DNA from: an uncultured Bacilli bacterium
GTDB taxonomy: Bacteria > Bacillota_I > Bacilli_A > RF39 > UBA660
Reading direction: 5' to 3'
DNA length: 64,000 bases
NCBI GenBank assembly: GCA_944350345.1
Contig: CALVOP010000002.1
Span: forward strand, 577-64,576
The notes below the pieces were generated by a model that was given only the letters and a program-made list of their open reading frames with translations, was not told where the DNA came from and did not search any database. Within the stretch, counting starts at the first letter, position 1. The number at the start of each line of letters is the position of its first letter. Below, piece by piece: positions 56,790 to 64,000 of this stretch. The position numbers and the translations under genes were made by a program.

Positions 56790-57263
56790 ATGGAAAATAT
56801 TATAAGAAATGATAGGTATATATTAGATAAAAAAATATTAATTTTTAAAGAAAAGTATATGAAATTTAAAAAACTTAATATTGTTGATGAAATATCTTTG
56901 AGAGAGTGTATATGTGATGTTTTATCTTGGATAGAAATGTGTGTTAAAACTACAAAAGATATGAGTGTAGAAGAAAAAAGGAAAATTAGTGCAATTAGAT
57001 ATGCGAATAATTATAAAAAACACGGTATTAAATTATATAATTTTAATAAAAATGTGTATGGATTATATCCATCAGAAAAATTAGTCCCAAGACCAAATTT
57101 GTGTCCTTCTGATTTTAATATATATTGGAATTTTCTATCTTTTTTAAAAAAATCTGAAAAAACACAATATAATAATTATAGAACTTTTTTAGAAAATAAA
57201 AATATATATGATACAATAATTGACATTTATGAAATTATACAAAAATATTATAAACTAACTTAA
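56790..57263 (+). CDS. Hypothetical protein (157 aa), followed by a terminator at 57269-57290
   Basis: ORF with no known domain. A terminator hairpin AGGAGCAATGCTCCT followed by T7 comes immediately after. Confidence 0.4.
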   Translation: MENIIRNDRYILDKKILIFKEKYMKFKKLNIVDEISLRECICDVLSWIEMCVKTTKDMSVEEKRKISAIRYANNYKKHGIKLYNFNKNVYGLYPSEKLVPRPNLCPSDFNIYWNFLSFLKKSEKTQYNNYRTFLENKNIYDTIIDIYEIIQKYYKLT

Positions 57264-57571
57264 TGTAGGAGCAATGCTCCTTTTTTTGATGAGTAAATAT
57301 CTTTTTTTACTAAACCCAACCCCCAAACTTAATAAAATTGATTTTAAAGGTAGTTCCTGTTAGATTTGATTTGATTAATATATTTATATTAATTCATTAT
57401 AAACTTAACAGAAAACAACCTTAATTTGCTTTAAAATGGGTTGTTTATAATTGAATTATAATTGATAAAATTATTGGCTTTTACTATATAGCACTATTTA
57501 TATAATATATTGCTATTATTTGATTATTTCCTTTATTGCTCTACTAAATAGATAAGGAGAGTGATAAAGAT

Positions 57572-57745
57572 ATGGAATATTATTTCACAACAAAAGAAAT
57601 AAGTTTGTTATTAAAAACGCCAATTCAATTCATTAGAAAAATGATAAGAGAAAAAAGAATTATTGCTTATAAGGTAGGAAGACAATATATTGTTAAGGAA
57701 CAAGATTTAAATAATTATCTTGATAGTGTGAAATATGAAAGATAA
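57572..57745 (+). CDS. Excisionase/HTH_17-type small DNA-binding protein (57 aa): MEYYFTTKEISLLLKTPIQFIRKMIREKRIIAYKVGRQYIVKEQDLNNYLDSVKYER
   Basis: AAGGAGAGTGA RBS. It matches the Xis/HTH_17 winged-helix pattern (T.KE.a.lL.v....i.r.i..g.i.a.kvGr.w.i...dL..yl). It is not in the ORF track and overlaps the next gene by 11 nt. Confidence 0.6.
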   Translation: MEYYFTTKEISLLLKTPIQFIRKMIREKRIIAYKVGRQYIVKEQDLNNYLDSVKYER

Positions 57746-58076
57746 AGATATTTTAAAAATGTTAGGTTTAAATGATAGAACTATTACTTTAACTGCTGAT
57801 GATGAATATTTACAAATAATGCTTGAAAAGAAAATAGATAACTACTTTAAAAAATTAGATGAAGAAAAAAAGAAACAAGAACAAATAGATTATTATAAAA
57901 ATCAATATGAAAAGTTCCAAAAGAAAAATGAGTTTGTTAAAAACTTTGATGATAAGTTTGTTTATGGTAAGTTAAGAGATAAACTTATTAAAGACGGTTT
58001 TGTATATCGTTGTCCTTTTTGTCTTGATGTATCAAGTCAATATGGAAGACCATTACAAAGTTATAACAAACATTAG
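57735..58076 (+). CDS. Hypothetical protein (113 aa) with a C-terminal CPFC motif, overlapping the Xis-like gene
   Basis: ORF in apparent operon with the HTH_17 gene, with a terminator at 58079-58112. Confidence 0.4.
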   Translation: MKDKDILKMLGLNDRTITLTADDEYLQIMLEKKIDNYFKKLDEEKKKQEQIDYYKNQYEKFQKKNEFVKNFDDKFVYGKLRDKLIKDGFVYRCPFCLDVSSQYGRPLQSYNKH

Positions 58077-58117
58077 AAAAGAGAATTAAGTTTAAAATGC
58101 TTAATTCTCTTATTTTT

Positions 58118-58354
58118 TTACTTATTTACAAGTTCACTGTATATTTTTAATTGTTCTACATTATGTTTTCTAAATTCATCTCTAAACTTTAATAATAATT
58201 TATTTTTATGTTCTTCTAAAAGTTTTGTATCTTTGTTTGATAATTTGTTTTCTTCTAACATTTGTTTTGTTATTAAAAGTTCTATCATAATATTATTTAA
58301 GTCTTTAGTTAAGATAAATCTAAAATTTTTCCACTCGTTAATCATTTTTACCAC
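58118..58354 (-). CDS. Hypothetical small helical protein (78 aa)
   Basis: ORF only. It has a weak resemblance to Spo0E-like helical hairpins, which is not supported further. Confidence 0.3.
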   Translation of the reverse strand: MVKMINEWKNFRFILTKDLNNIMIELLITKQMLEENKLSNKDTKLLEEHKNKLLLKFRDEFRKHNVEQLKIYSELVNK

Positions 58355-58443
58355 CTTTACTATAAATTTTTAATCAATTTTTGTTAGACTTAAACTATTG
58401 ATTTTCCCTTTATTCATCTAACTTTGCTTAATTTTGTATCACT

Positions 58444-58674
58444 TTAAGGCGCAGGGCATGGAGTTCCGTTACATCCGTATATCATTATTGGTCTAGTGTT
58501 ACATACTATGCAGTTAGTGCCTCCTCCAAGTGCTGGTCTGTCACAAGAATTTAAACAATTTTCAGGACATGCGTTTGATTGTAGAACGTTTATTACTTGT
58601 AATATCTCAGCTATGCAACTATTGCATGTATTGCAGTTATCTCTATTACAAGAACATTCATTATTGTTACACAT
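58444..58674 (-). CDS. Very cysteine-rich small protein (76 aa, 14 Cys; N/T/C-rich): MCNNNECSCNRDNCNTCNSCIAEILQVINVLQSNACPENCLNSCDRPALGGGTNCIVCNTRPIMIYGCNGTPCPAP
   Basis: The ATG at 58674 is preceded by AAGGGGTGG with about 7 nt spacing (the ORF track begins at GTG 58683). There are multiple CxxC/CxC spacings. The function is not recognisable. Confidence 0.5.
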   Translation of the reverse strand: MCNNNECSCNRDNCNTCNSCIAEILQVINVLQSNACPENCLNSCDRPALGGGTNCIVCNTRPIMIYGCNGTPCPAP

Positions 58675-58880
58675 ATAATCCACCCCTTCTTTTCTTACAA
58701 TAATAATTTATGTAATTCTTTTAATAGTGTTCGTATTCTTACCTATATTTGTGGTTTACATTTAAAAATGTTTTTTCGTGCAAAATGTATGAAATATATA
58801 CTTTTTTGTCATGTAAATTTATATTAGTTATAAGTTGATAATTTTGTTAAGTTATGTTATATTTATTGTAGGAGGAAAAT

Positions 58881-60188
58881 ATGAAAAAGATAAGTTTGTT
58901 TTTTGCAGTTTTTTTAACAGCATTTCTTTTCTTAGGAACTGTAAATGCAAAAACTGTAAACGTTGCTAGCACTGACGATTTGAGTGCTAAAATAGGGGAA
59001 GCGGAGGAAGGAGATACTTTAGTATTAGAAGATGGCACTTATACTGGTGATATAACTATTGATAAGGCATTAACTATTGAAGGAACTAGTAAAGAAGATA
59101 CTATTATAGTTGGTCAAATTACTGTTACTGATAACTTTGATATGAAAAATGTTACTGTTATAGATGAACATGTAAATGGTACTTATAAAAATGTGATAAC
59201 TATTACTGAACCAGAACTTGTAGTTAATTTCGACAATGTAAACGTTAATGTTAAAGATTATGTTGCTGATAAAGACTATAAAACTGGTGTTTCTGGTATA
59301 AGCGCTGATGCTGATGCAAACGGTACTAAATTAACTATTACTAATAGTAAAGTTAATGCTACTTATGGTATTTATGTAAAAAGTGAAAAAAATACTATTA
59401 AAATTGAATCATCTATAGTTTCTGGATGGGCAGCATTAGATATTACTACTAGTGAAGGCGTATTACAAAATAATAATAAAGTAACTGTTAAGAATAGTAC
59501 TTTATATGGTACTAGTTATGTTCCTAAAGATAGCTACAATAATTATGGTGTTGTAGTTATTGGAAGTCAGAAAGATTTAAGTTTAACTATAACTGATAGT
59601 ACTATTAAAAATAATATTGTTACTGAAAATAGAATTGATTTAATATATTTTGGTGATTATTATGAAGATAGTGAAACTTCTATTATTACATTAAATAATG
59701 TTAAATTAGAAAATAATGATACTAATGGTGAAAGTACTAAAGTTAATTTTGCAACAGAAGGAAATGCACTTGGTGGACAAATATTTATAATTGATGAAAA
59801 GACAAATTTAGATATGACTACAGATGCTGATAAGGTAGGGTCTACAGGTCATGTATTTAATCTATCATCAATTGATGGTGTTGCTTCAATGATCGTACCA
59901 GATAAGTTTGTTGTTACAGCTGATGCTTTAGAAGTTGGTACAGTAGAAGGTTATGAATTTAAAGGTTGGTATACTGATGCTGAATACAAAAATGAATTTT
60001 TAGCCGGTACTGAGATAACTGAAGATACTACAATATATGCATATTTTGTAGAAATAGTTGAAGATACAACACCTGAGGTTAATAATCCTCAAACAGGAGA
60101 TAACGTTTTAGTATTCTTCTTAGTAGGTCTTATTTCATTAATAGGCTTTGTTGGTGGAAGCGTATATTTCTTAAAACATCAAAATTAA
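58881..60188 (+). CDS. Secreted right-handed beta-helix-like surface protein with a C-terminal NPQTG sortase (class B-type) sorting signal
   Basis: The signal peptide is MKKISLFFAVFLTAFLFLGTVNA. It has many N.T/V.V...T periodic beta-helix-like repeats. The C-terminus is NPQTGDNVLVFFLVGLISLIGFVGGSVYFLKHQN (motif, TM, positive tail). A terminator follows at 60226-60250. Confidence 0.65.
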   Translation: MKKISLFFAVFLTAFLFLGTVNAKTVNVASTDDLSAKIGEAEEGDTLVLEDGTYTGDITIDKALTIEGTSKEDTIIVGQITVTDNFDMKNVTVIDEHVNGTYKNVITITEPELVVNFDNVNVNVKDYVADKDYKTGVSGISADADANGTKLTITNSKVNATYGIYVKSEKNTIKIESSIVSGWAALDITTSEGVLQNNNKVTVKNSTLYGTSYVPKDSYNNYGVVVIGSQKDLSLTITDSTIKNNIVTENRIDLIYFGDYYEDSETSIITLNNVKLENNDTNGESTKVNFATEGNALGGQIFIIDEKTNLDMTTDADKVGSTGHVFNLSSIDGVASMIVPDKFVVTADALEVGTVEGYEFKGWYTDAEYKNEFLAGTEITEDTTIYAYFVEIVEDTTPEVNNPQTGDNVLVFFLVGLISLIGFVGGSVYFLKHQN

Positions 60189-60277
60189 TTTGACATATTA
60201 ATTTATAAATTATATAATTAATTTACTTGATGAGTGGGCATAAATCCCACTCTTTAAATTTGTAAAGGAGTGATATT

Positions 60278-60520
60278 TTGGAAAAAGAATTATTTGATAA
60301 TCTCGTTTTACCTCTTAAAGAAGCAGGAATTGATTTGTGCTCAGTTACTTTTGGTGAAGAAGATGGTGAAAAAACTTTATTTGTGAAAATTGATAGTAAA
60401 AATGGTGTTGATACAGATTTGTGTGTGAAAGCAACAGAAATTATTAATCCAATCGTTGATAAGTTAGATTTGATTAAAGAAGAATATGTGCTAGATGTAT
60501 GTAGTAAAGGTGAGGAATAA
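60278..60520 (+). CDS. rimP: Ribosome maturation factor RimP, short form (N-terminal domain only; TTG start per the ORF track)
   Basis: It aligns to RimP residues about 1-85 and ends at YVLDVCSKGEE, where RimP normally continues with SSPGxxRPL. Its position immediately upstream of nusA is as in Bacilli. Confidence 0.6.
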   Translation: MEKELFDNLVLPLKEAGIDLCSVTFGEEDGEKTLFVKIDSKNGVDTDLCVKATEIINPIVDKLDLIKEEYVLDVCSKGEE

Positions 60521-61578
60521 TGGAAAACGTTGAATTTAAAAACGCATTAGATAATATTTGTTTAGAAAAAGGCATTGATCCTAGTGTAGTTATAGAAGCT
60601 ATGAGTAGTGCTCTTGCAAGTGCTTATAAGAAGAATACTGGAGAAGATGCAAATATTAGAGTTCTTATTAATGAAAATACTGGAAATATTCAGGTTTTTA
60701 AAGTTATGACAGTTGTAGAAGAAGTTCAAAATCAGGAATCAGAATATAGTTTAGAAGAAGCATTAGAACTTGATAAAAATGCGACTATTGGTTATGAATT
60801 TGTAACCGAAGTTACACCTGAAGATTTTGGGCGTGTGGCAGTAGGTGTTGCAAAACAAGTAGTTATGCAAAAAATAAGAGAAGCTGAAAAGAATAATATT
60901 ATTTCTGAATTTAGTGATAAGGAAGATGAGTTAATGGTTGGGTTCTTGGCTATGGAAGATGCTAGAAATTATTATGTTGACTTGGGTAAAGCGAGAGGAA
61001 TTCTTCCAAAGAATGAAATTATTCCAGGTGAAACATTAAAAATGGGTGATAGTATAAAAGTCTATATCACTAAAATTGAATCTAATAATAAAGGACCAGT
61101 TATAATGCTTTCAAGAAAACATTATGGTTTTGTAAAAAGATTATTTGAACTTGAAATACCTGAATTTAAAGAGGGTGTTCTTGTGATGCATGGTGTTGCA
61201 AGGGAAGCAGGTGTTAGATGTAAAGTTGCAGTAAGTAGTACTGTTAGTAATGTAGATGCGATAGGAAGTTGTATTGGAGAAAAAGGTAGAAGAATAGCAA
61301 GCATTATTAGTGAACTAAATGGAGAAAAGGTTGATTTAGTTCTTTTCTCTAATAATCCTGAAGAATTTATTGCTAATGCTTTAAGTCCAGCTAAAAATGT
61401 TAATGTTAGTATAGTTGATGAAAAAGCAAAAGAAGCTCTTGCAATTACTGATGAAGAAAATTTAAGCCTTGCAATAGGTAAAAAGGGTATTAATATAAAA
61501 CTTGCAAGTAAACTTACTAAATATAAAATTAATATAAAAACATTAGATGATATAAATAAAGAAATAAATGGTGAATAA
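60520..61578 (+). CDS. nusA: Transcription termination/antitermination factor NusA
   Basis: It has the NusA N-terminal, S1 and two KH domains (GSCIGEKGRRIASIISELNGEKVDLV; LAIGKKGINIKLASKLT). Confidence 0.93.
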   Translation: MENVEFKNALDNICLEKGIDPSVVIEAMSSALASAYKKNTGEDANIRVLINENTGNIQVFKVMTVVEEVQNQESEYSLEEALELDKNATIGYEFVTEVTPEDFGRVAVGVAKQVVMQKIREAEKNNIISEFSDKEDELMVGFLAMEDARNYYVDLGKARGILPKNEIIPGETLKMGDSIKVYITKIESNNKGPVIMLSRKHYGFVKRLFELEIPEFKEGVLVMHGVAREAGVRCKVAVSSTVSNVDAIGSCIGEKGRRIASIISELNGEKVDLVLFSNNPEEFIANALSPAKNVNVSIVDEKAKEALAITDEENLSLAIGKKGINIKLASKLTKYKINIKTLDDINKEINGE

Positions 61579-61579
61579 T

Positions 61580-61831
61580 ATGAAAAAAATACCTATTAGA
61601 ACGTGTGCTCTAACTAAAGAAAAATTAGATAAAAGAGAACTATTTAGAGTAGTTAGAAATAAAGAAGGAGAAGTATTTGTAGATGATACTTTGAAAGCAA
61701 ATGGTAGAGGAGTATATTTAAAAAAAGATGCGAATATTATAAATAAAGCAAAAGATAAAAAAGTTCTAGACTACCATTTGGGAGTAAAAGTAAGTGATGA
61801 GATATATGATGAATTAATGAGCAAACTATAG
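61580..61831 (+). CDS. YlxR/DUF448-family RNA-binding protein (the start is ATG 61580; the ORF track starts at 61568)
   Basis: MKKIPIRTCALTKEKLDKRELFRVVRNKEGEVFVD matches the YlxR consensus (MKKIPLRKCV.T.E...K.ELIRVV). It lies between nusA and infB. Confidence 0.8.
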   Translation: MKKIPIRTCALTKEKLDKRELFRVVRNKEGEVFVDDTLKANGRGVYLKKDANIINKAKDKKVLDYHLGVKVSDEIYDELMSKL

Positions 61832-61845
61832 AAAGAAGGTGTGAT

Positions 61846-63945
61846 ATGTCTTTAAAAGATTACGCAGAAGAACTTAATATAGGAGTAGATGAATTACTTA
61901 ATATATGTAAAAACTTAGGAATCAATGTTAGAAATGAAAACGATGAACTAACAGATGATGATATTGTAATGCTTGATATAGAATTAAGTAGTGAAAACAA
62001 TTTAAGTGAAGAACTTGAAAGTAAATATGAATTTGAAGATAGAGCAGAAGAAATATTAGAGGGAACTAAATTAAAAGATGAAGTTGTCGTTAAAAAACAA
62101 AAGATTAAGAAAAAAGATAGTTCTAAAGAAGAGTTTTTGCATAAGAAAAAGGATATTTATAAACATAAAGAAAAACTTCAAAGTAATAAGAATGAATCAC
62201 ATGACGACGTTATCATTTATAAAGAAGGTATGACTGTTAATGATTTGGCTAATGCTTTAAATATTCCAAGTGCTGAACTTGTTAAAAAATTGTTTTTGAT
62301 GGGTCTTGTTATTAATGTAAACCAAACTATTTCTTTTGAAGATGCAGAAGTAGTGTTAGTTGATTATAATAAGAAACTTGTTAAAGAGGAAACTACTGAT
62401 ATAACTAATTTTGAAGAATATGTTATTGATGAGGATGAAAGTTTACTTGAATTACGTGCACCTGTTGTTACTATAATGGGTCATGTTGATCATGGTAAGA
62501 CAACTCTTCTAGATTATATAAGACATACTCATGTTGCGAGTGGTGAAGCAGGGGGAATTACTCAGCATATAGGTGCTTATCAAGTGGATGTTGAAGGTAA
62601 AAAGATTACTTTTATTGATACTCCTGGACATGCTGCTTTTACTGAAATGAGAGCAAGAGGAGCTAAAATAACTGATATTGTTATTATTATAGTTGCTGCT
62701 GATGATGGTGTTATGCCTCAAACTAAGGAAGCTATTGATCACGCGAAAAGTGCGAACGTTCCTATTATTGTTGCAATTAATAAAATTGATAAAGGTATAG
62801 GTAATGTAGACAGAATAATGAGTGAAATGAGCGAATATGGTCTTACTCCAGAAGCATGGGGCGGAGATACTATGTTTGTTAAAATAAGCGCACAAACAGG
62901 AGAAGGTGTAAAAGATTTACTCGATAGTATTATAGCACTTAGTGAAGTAATGGAATTAAAAGCAAATCCTAATAGATATGCAAGTGGTACTGTTATTGAA
63001 AGTAAACTTGATAAAAGTGTTGGTAGTGAAGTTACATTACTTATTCAAAATGGAACACTTAGATTAGGCGACCCAATAGTTGTTGGAACTGCTTTTGGTA
63101 AGGTTAGAACTTTGAAAAATAGTCAAGGCGAAGATATTGTAAGTGCATTACCAAGTATGCCTGTTACAATAACTGGTATAAATAAAGTTCCTGTTTCAGG
63201 TGATAAATTTATGGCTTTTGAAAATGAAAAAGAAGCAAGAAATGTTGCAATAAAAAGAGAAAACATTTTAAAAAACAAAAGATTTGTTAAAAAAGCGCTT
63301 AGTTTAGAAGATTTATTTGATAGTATAAAAGAAGGTAAAAAAGAAATAAATATTGTACTGAAAGCTGACGTTAAAGGTAGTGAAGAAGCTGTTAAAAATA
63401 GTTTGGAAAAGATAAACGTTGAAGGCGTTAAAGTAAATGTTATTAGAAGTGGCGTAGGTACTATTACTGAAAGTGATGTAGTACTTGCTAATGCTGGTAA
63501 TGCTATTGTAATTGGTTTTAATGTAATACCTAGTTTGAAAACAAAAGAAGTTGCTAAAGAATATAATGTAGATATTAGACTTTATAATATTATATATAAA
63601 GTAGTTGAAGAGATTGAGTCAGCTATGAGAGGTATGTTAGATCCAGAATATGAAGAAGTTGTTGTTGGCAATGCAGAAGTTAGACAATTGTTTAAGTTTA
63701 GTAAAGTAGGAATAATTGCTGGAAGTCACGTTATAAGTGGTGTTATTAAAAACGGAAGTAAATGTAGACTTATACGCGATGGTGTAGTAGTTTATGACGG
63801 GAAAATTAATTCGCTTCAAAGAGAAAAAGATCAAGCAAAAGAAGTTAAAAGTGGCTTTGACTGTGGAATTACTTTAGAAAATTATATCGATATAAAAGAA
63901 AAAGATATAATAGAAACTTATGAAATGAAAGAAGTGAAAAGATAA
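61846..63945 (+). CDS. infB: Translation initiation factor IF-2
   Basis: The G-domain has [25 protein letters not shown] and NKID, and the domain order is typical. It is 699 aa. Confidence 0.95.
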   Translation: MSLKDYAEELNIGVDELLNICKNLGINVRNENDELTDDDIVMLDIELSSENNLSEELESKYEFEDRAEEILEGTKLKDEVVVKKQKIKKKDSSKEEFLHKKKDIYKHKEKLQSNKNESHDDVIIYKEGMTVNDLANALNIPSAELVKKLFLMGLVINVNQTISFEDAEVVLVDYNKKLVKEETTDITNFEEYVIDEDESLLELRAPVVTIMGHVDHGKTTLLDYIRHTHVASGEAGGITQHIGAYQVDVEGKKITFIDTPGHAAFTEMRARGAKITDIVIIIVAADDGVMPQTKEAIDHAKSANVPIIVAINKIDKGIGNVDRIMSEMSEYGLTPEAWGGDTMFVKISAQTGEGVKDLLDSIIALSEVMELKANPNRYASGTVIESKLDKSVGSEVTLLIQNGTLRLGDPIVVGTAFGKVRTLKNSQGEDIVSALPSMPVTITGINKVPVSGDKFMAFENEKEARNVAIKRENILKNKRFVKKALSLEDLFDSIKEGKKEINIVLKADVKGSEEAVKNSLEKINVEGVKVNVIRSGVGTITESDVVLANAGNAIVIGFNVIPSLKTKEVAKEYNVDIRLYNIIYKVVEEIESAMRGMLDPEYEEVVVGNAEVRQLFKFSKVGIIAGSHVISGVIKNGSKCRLIRDGVVVYDGKINSLQREKDQAKEVKSGFDCGITLENYIDIKEKDIIETYEMKEVKR

Positions 63946-64000
63946 TGAATTTGAAAGGTGAAAGAGTAGCAAGCGCTATAGTACAAGAACTTGGTAATAT
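63945..64000 (+). CDS. rbfA: Ribosome-binding factor A, 3'-truncated by the window end (the ATG overlaps the infB stop in TAATG)
   Basis: [18 protein letters not shown] matches the RbfA N-terminus (RA.RV...I..EL). Confidence 0.6.
   Translation, partial: MNLKGERVASAIVQELGN

Larger units (their letters stand above)
51296..60277. mobile_element. Putative integrated element or genomic island (approximate limits). It carries the serine recombinase, Cys-rich peptides, an HTH_17 excisionase-like gene, orphan hypothetical genes, an A/T-only tract and a surface protein. Boundaries and att sites are not determined.
   Basis: It is a cluster of genes without housekeeping homologues between the Trx-like gene and rimP. 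It contains recombinase and Xis-type genes and has lower GC than the flanks (the 56340-56790 tract is about 12% GC). Confidence 0.35.

Noticed and set aside
58496-58678. Plus-strand 60-aa ORF antisense to the 14-Cys protein gene
   Set aside because: It has no RBS, whereas the minus-strand ORF has AAGGGGTGG at correct spacing.
60250-60270. TTTGTAAAG near rimP as a second copy of the 53620 half-site (possible att)
   Set aside because: The match is only 9 nt and overlaps an ordinary RBS context (AAAGGAG). It is insufficient to call a repeat.
1-64000. A Mollicutes-type genetic code (TGA = Trp) suggested by the low GC
   Set aside because: Trp is encoded by TGG throughout and TGA terminates several well-aligned genes, for example the ABC transporter at 42103-42105. 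The organism also has peptidoglycan genes (FemAB, MurT/GatD, PASTA kinase).

Overview
This window is a 64 kb chromosomal segment of an AT-rich (roughly 27-30% GC) Firmicute that uses the standard genetic code (TGG = Trp; TGA is used as a stop). Its gene content points to a cell-walled, probably spore-forming Bacilli or Erysipelotrichia-like organism. The supporting genes are FemAB, MurT/GatD, a PASTA Ser/Thr kinase, EzrA, FtsA/FtsZ, FtsK, SpoIVA and YlbD/YlbE-like coat genes. Most of the window is conserved housekeeping, listed here in order. There is eno-secG, then rlmN-stp-prkC-rsgA-rpe, then infC-rpmI-rplT with an L20-type leader. After that come murT-gatD, tRNA-Glu and tRNA-Ile, parE-parC, hemW, tRNA-Ser, and ftsA-ftsZ. 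The rest is rpsD, ezrA, ftsK, deoD, two M16 peptidases, rpsO-pnp, and finally rimP-nusA-ylxR-infB-rbfA. Several accessory features stand out. (1) A compact bacteriocin locus at 38.2-42.4 kb has a secreted amidase, a C39-peptidase ABC exporter and two tandem double-glycine-leader precursor peptides (43 and 51 aa). Both peptides are too short for the ORF track, and together they look like a class IIb-like two-peptide bacteriocin. (2) An island of about 9 kb (about 51.3-60.2 kb) carries a large serine recombinase and two very cysteine-rich small proteins, one of which sits next to a membrane thioredoxin with a CGWC motif. It also carries an HTH_17 excisionase-like mini-gene, many orphan hypothetical genes, a 450 bp tract that is almost pure A/T, and an NPQTG-anchored beta-helix surface protein. 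(3) A DinD (Bro-N)-like gene and a RhuM/Fic-Doc gene are inserted between eno and secG. (4) A cluster of four pilin-like small proteins lies directly upstream of ftsA. (5) L20 carries a Rho-N/SAP-like C-terminal extension. (6) A partial, highly repetitive surface protein at the 5' edge contains a sharp GC-rich recoded patch of about 110 nt. No CRISPR array or rRNA was found.
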